Assembly: GCA_000320545.1 (NCBI GenBank)
Contig: ADNK01002210.1
Span: 1-52,864 of the forward strand
Length of the DNA: 52,864 bases
Direction of reading: 5' to 3'
Origin: Bigelowiella natans CCMP2755
Lineage: Eukaryota; Protista; Cercozoa
A program made the position numbers and the translations under genes. The notes beneath the pieces were generated by a model that had not been told where the DNA came from, made no database searches, and worked only from the letters and a program-made list of their open reading frames with translations. Position 1 is the first letter of the stretch; each line of letters opens with the position of its first letter. Shown one piece after another: positions 40,561-52,864 of this stretch.

Positions 40561-41688
40561 TTAATCTCTTTTTTTCTTCTGGCAACAAATCTTCTTCAGA
40601 TAGGAAGGCCGAAACCATCTGGATATTTGCCTACCATGACGCTTCTGCTGACTCTGCCGCAAATCAGTGGACATATTGCTCACCCTGTGGCACACATTAA
40701 TTGCAAAAAAATAAATAATTGTAACTTATGATCAACGCAGCTGATAATAATGTGAAATCATATAATACCTGTACGATGTAAAGTAAACGCAATAACCCAC
40801 GGACATGAGACAACATGTCAGGGTAAACGCGACGTAATAACTGCAACGCAAAGGATTGAAAACATTCAGATTAATAGTGAACCAACTTGCATGAAGACGG
40901 CGTCGGCTCTTCATATTTGACTATACCATGAATAAATGAGATATTACTATGCCATGAATTAATGACTTTGCATGTGTTGGTAATATATCTTCTTACAGTG
41001 CTCTGAAGCCTGCATCTCTTTCTCCCTGCACAATATAGAAAATATTGATGATATTAGAATAATAATAACAGCGAGGAAAAGGCACGTATGCACACAACAC
41101 GACGAGGTCAACTGAATGTGTTTTAAAGTGGTTCTTTTTCCTATAAGAAAAGCCTCGTCATCATCAAATTTTACATAATATAAATCTTGTTTTTTTTAAA
41201 GGACCAGGTGCATGCTAACTCTCCGCTTTCCATCTGAAGTGCACCGCACTTGGTTGCACACAAGATCAACAAATTTGTCTGCAAGATTAAAAGGAAGAAA
41301 AAGAAGAAGAAGAAGAAGAAGAAGAAGAAGAAGAAGAAGCAGAAGAGAAAAGTGGGATAGTGATAATACAGTCAGGTGACCAAAAACCTACTTACTTTAC
41401 TATCTATGAGAAGTAGTAGAACCTACCATGAAGTCTGTATGCCGCAGGAGAAGCATCTGGGGGGAAACAATGTGTTGCTACCGTCAAGCAATGCTGTTTC
41501 TCGTGAAATGTCTGTAGGGGATCGCAGCCCTGGGAGTCGTTATCATATTATAATCAACATAGGCTCTTCTGAGCAGAGAGAGGAAGAAGAGAAATGATTC
41601 ACGGTAATTTCATTGATGCTTACACGCAACATTGCTATACCCTAATGTTTACTAAATTGCGTTGACCTTCATATTAATGTTCACACCC

Positions 41689-41729
<41 letters not shown>

Positions 41730-42709
41730 ACACATATATACGCATACGCACGCAAGTTTCTCCTCTCTCTACGTTTGGGAGAACGCAAGGGGCCGGCAGT
41801 ATTTGTCGGTATGTATTATGTGTTTAGCACCTCAAGACGCCACTGAGATGATACTTCGTCCTCAACGCGGCTATTGTAATCTACACCGTTCATGCTTTGC
41901 CGCTCGCAATCGTAGATACCGCACAACTCACTTAAACATACTGAAGCTGAGGAAGGGTCGGTACTATTAACGAGAAGCAGATCCTTGTGCTTTCTGATTA
42001 TTTGAACATGGCAAATCAAACCATCACCCAAATCATCAATTACTCTCATCATCATCATCATCATCATCATCATTATTGTCGTCGTGGACGTCATGGTCAA
42101 TCATAATAATATTTCTTTCCCCATGTAATTGTTGACTCTCTCTTTTTCTCTCTCTCTTACCCAACAAGCAAGATGCCCACAAAGAGCCTTATGCATACAG
42201 GATTATATGTATTGTTGTTCGCGAAATATATGCCTTAGGTATATATGTTGTTTTGATATCCGAGTATCATCGTCACCAAAGACGAACCAAACCTATGTAA
42301 GTGCAGATCCAACCATTTCTCTCTTCTATTGAAATAGAGAATCAAGGGGTAGAAGGAGGAACACCACAGGATGTGGAAAAAAATATATTAAAAGAAACAA
42401 TCGTAAGCTTTTATCAATCATATTTGCTGGGAAGAATATCAACATGCGTAGTAAAAAATGGATTCGGCATGATATCCCCAACACTTAAAATTTAGCTTCT
42501 ACCTGAACCGCTTTTTACATATGTCGCATTGCCAGAGGGAGGAACGAATTTTTTTCTGAAAGGGAAGAGGCGCCACTATGATCACATTGGAAATTTAAAT
42601 CTTTTCCTGCTCATGTTCATCAGTCAAAATGAAACATTAGTTGACACTTACATGTCGTACATGACACAACACACACACACACACATACACATACACACAT
42701 AGAAATAGA

Positions 42710-42754
<45 letters not shown>

Positions 42755-43006
42755 CTGTGATTGTCGATTGATGTTTTTAGGAACACGATGAGGACACCAC
42801 CTTTTGCTTCTCCTGCAGCCGGAAAATATCTTTAGTTATGTCGAGAGGGCAGCCAGGAGGCAGCACATACATACTTTTGGTTATATCGCTCCACAAATAC
42901 TGAAATAATTAATCGTCAGTCACAGTAATGATAATTATTTGTTTCGAGAGCGATGATCCACGTGAGTGATTGTTACGTGACTGTTACTGTAACAATTGAA
43001 ATAGTG

Positions 43007-43039
<33 letters not shown>

Positions 43040-43390
43040 TGAGGAGTAGTAGCAGTAGTAGCAGTAGTAGTGATGCTAATGGTGGTAGCACCGTTTCTTC
43101 AATTATCCTTTTCACAACTTTTGATTTCTTTCGACAGCAATCGCCAGCTGCGTCACCATGAAATTTGGAGTCTTGGAGCTCGGCGTGGTCAAAGGACGAA
43201 GTGAGAGGTTCAACGTCACCCTCTACCGCGCTATTCAGAAGAGTAGCCTGAGAAAAGGAAAAAATTGTTAGGAAAGTTGAATGAGAAGCTAAATCAATTT
43301 ATTACTAGCCAAAAGACGAGAGCTTTTCTTGTGCACATTATACCGGTCTTCTTTCCGTTTCAGAGATAATTTCAATCTCCCGGTGTTTGT
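40561..43390 (-). CDS. Single C2H2 zinc-finger, Cys-rich membrane protein with KKXX tail (resembles the plant AT5G63280/AT5G40710-type family); 5' end unresolved
   Basis: Phase-consistent exons 43092-43247, 42801-42899, 42503-42555, 42293-42325, 41831-41993, 41427-41529, 41220-41278, 40997-41025, 40769-40840 and 40561-40684 give CCRKKSKVVKRIIEE...YVLPPGCPLDITKDIFRLQEKQK...WQCDICKKRFRREKWLDLHLHRKH...CLSELCGIYDC...CDP...CLTVATHCFP...RLHDKFVDLVCNQVRC..., then a TM segment (YYVAFTLTCCLMSVGYCVYF) and ...KKKRD*. The family resemblance is from memory of the motif order. Confidence 0.85.
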
Positions 43391-43548
43391 CTTAATTATA
43401 TATAGCAACGATTCTGATGGAAACTATGAGCTTGCCACTTTCAGTGCTGAAATGATGATGACACGATGCTCTGTGATGATCAATGACCGGCATGCGTCAT
43501 TCTTCTCGATGCTCCTGCAAGGACTCAAGTTTACAATGAGTTGCAATG

Positions 43549-43690
43549 TAAAATCCTCCTGCATCCTACATGTGCGACATAGAAGTACTAACCATTCTTA
43601 TGTGTTATGCGAGTAGATCTATGAGTATTTTTTTGAGATATAAAATCCTCCTGCATCCTACACGTGCGACATGGAAGTAGTATCTCCATT
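43549..43690. repeat. ~92 bp-period imperfect direct repeat in the divergent intergenic/5' region
   Basis: taaaatcctcctgcatcctaca(t/c)gtgcgacat(a/g)gaagta at 43549 and 43641. Confidence 0.88.
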
Positions 43691-43882
43691 CTTTTTAATT
43701 GTCATGCAGTAGATAGATCTCGTACGAGCAGTAGACAAGGAGAACCTTCGTAGATCGATCTACTTGAATCCTCCCTCGTCAGAGAACTCTGCTAGATCTA
43801 TTGGAATCTTCTTCAGAGAACTCACACACTCAATCAACCTCTCCGCCAGCATTAATTTTCGCAACAGAGCTTAGTACTACTA

Positions 43883-52215
<8,333 letters not shown>

Positions 52216-52320
52216 AGACGGCACAGCATTGCGCAAATTGAAATAGTAAGACATGCATTGGAAACAAGCAAAAGCGTTGCAACAACAAATGCACATCATT
52301 GCAGTGTGAACATTGTCAAC

Positions 52321-52689
52321 CAAGTTAACAGATTTTTCTCAGCTTTAAATGTGGTGTGGAATTGGATGTGACACTTCAGTGCAGTGTGTCCATGTGCACA
52401 ATGGGTGTGTATTGCATGGTGACAAATCACAATGAAGCCAAGCAAATGAATTCCATTGCGCAGCACAGCAGGCGCGCGCTTTTGTTGCATGTCTGATGAA
52501 TCAATTTCATTTTTGCAATTTCACTTTGCAACACTTTTTCCAAATTCATTCTCACACAGTTTTGTCAAACTGATGCACAATTGTGGATCTGCATCAAGTT
52601 GACCAATTTTTCTCAGCACCAAACAATGCAATCAATGTGGTGTGAAATTGGATGTGACACGTCAATGAAGTGTGTTCACGTGCTCAATC
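52321..52689. repeat. Diverged subtelomeric direct repeat (~52321-52402 and ~52595-52689)
   Basis: caagtt(a/g)ac..atttttctcagc...aatgtggtgtg(g/a)aattggatgtgacac.tca.tg.agtgtgt.ca.gtgc.caat is present twice. Confidence 0.85.
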
Positions 52690-52723
52690 ATGCTTGAAGT
52701 CGTGCATCATCAGAAACAAATCA

Positions 52724-52864
52724 CTAGGGTTAGGTTTAGGGTTAGGTTTAGGGTTAGGTTTAGGGTTAGGTTTAGGGTTAGGGTTAGGGTTAGGTTTAGG
52801 GTTAGGTTTAGGGTTAGGGTTAGGGTTAGGGTTAGGGTTAGGGTTAGGGTTAGGGTTAGGGTTA
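52724..52864 (+). repeat. Telomeric repeat array (TTAGGG)n with proximal TTAGGT variants
   Basis: CTAGGG, then hexamers to the end of the window. The G-rich strand runs 5'->3' toward the end, as expected for a true right telomere. Six TTAGGT units are interspersed up to 52807, then pure TTAGGG. Confidence 0.96.

Noticed and set aside
42850-42875. Apparent small intron (A|GTATGT) in the zinc-finger gene
   Set aside because: The frame is open through it and encodes the conserved-looking 'YVLPPGCPL' segment, so it is exonic.
52250-52724. Classical CpG decay or RIP as the cause of TG/CA richness
   Set aside because: CpGs remain, and TpA, the product of RIP, is the missing dinucleotide.

Overview
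Eukaryotic (protist-like), intron-rich, very microsatellite-dense chromosome end that finishes in TTAGGG telomeric repeats. The standard genetic code and GT-AG introns fit every model I could build. Four multi-exon genes were reconstructed by hand with phase-consistent splice junctions. (1) A ~35 kb VPS13 lipid-transfer gene on the minus strand: Chorein_N at ~35 kb, VAB, C2-like and coiled-coil inserts, APT1/VPS13_C, a degenerate ATG2_C, a PH-like region, and a C-terminal C2 domain whose exons are partly duplicated at the left edge. (2) An unknown signal-peptide protein (+, 36.8-40.0 kb). (3) A C2H2-finger membrane protein with a KKXX tail, resembling a plant family (-, 40.6-43.4 kb). (4) UDP-N-acetylglucosamine pyrophosphorylase UAP1 (+, 43.9-52.2 kb), whose stop codon lies only ~510 bp from the telomere. 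The most unusual signal is the stretch between UAP1 and the telomere: ~60% AT but zero TpA dinucleotides over 313 bp (about 28 expected) with CpG retained, suggesting a telomere-proximal TpA->TpG/CpA mutational process. Also notable are TTAGGT variant repeats, repeated short duplications of exon-intron boundaries, and a predicted dual-acylation N-terminus on UAP1. Most short ORFs in the supplied track are microsatellite or antisense artefacts. All family calls rest on motif recognition; no searches were run.
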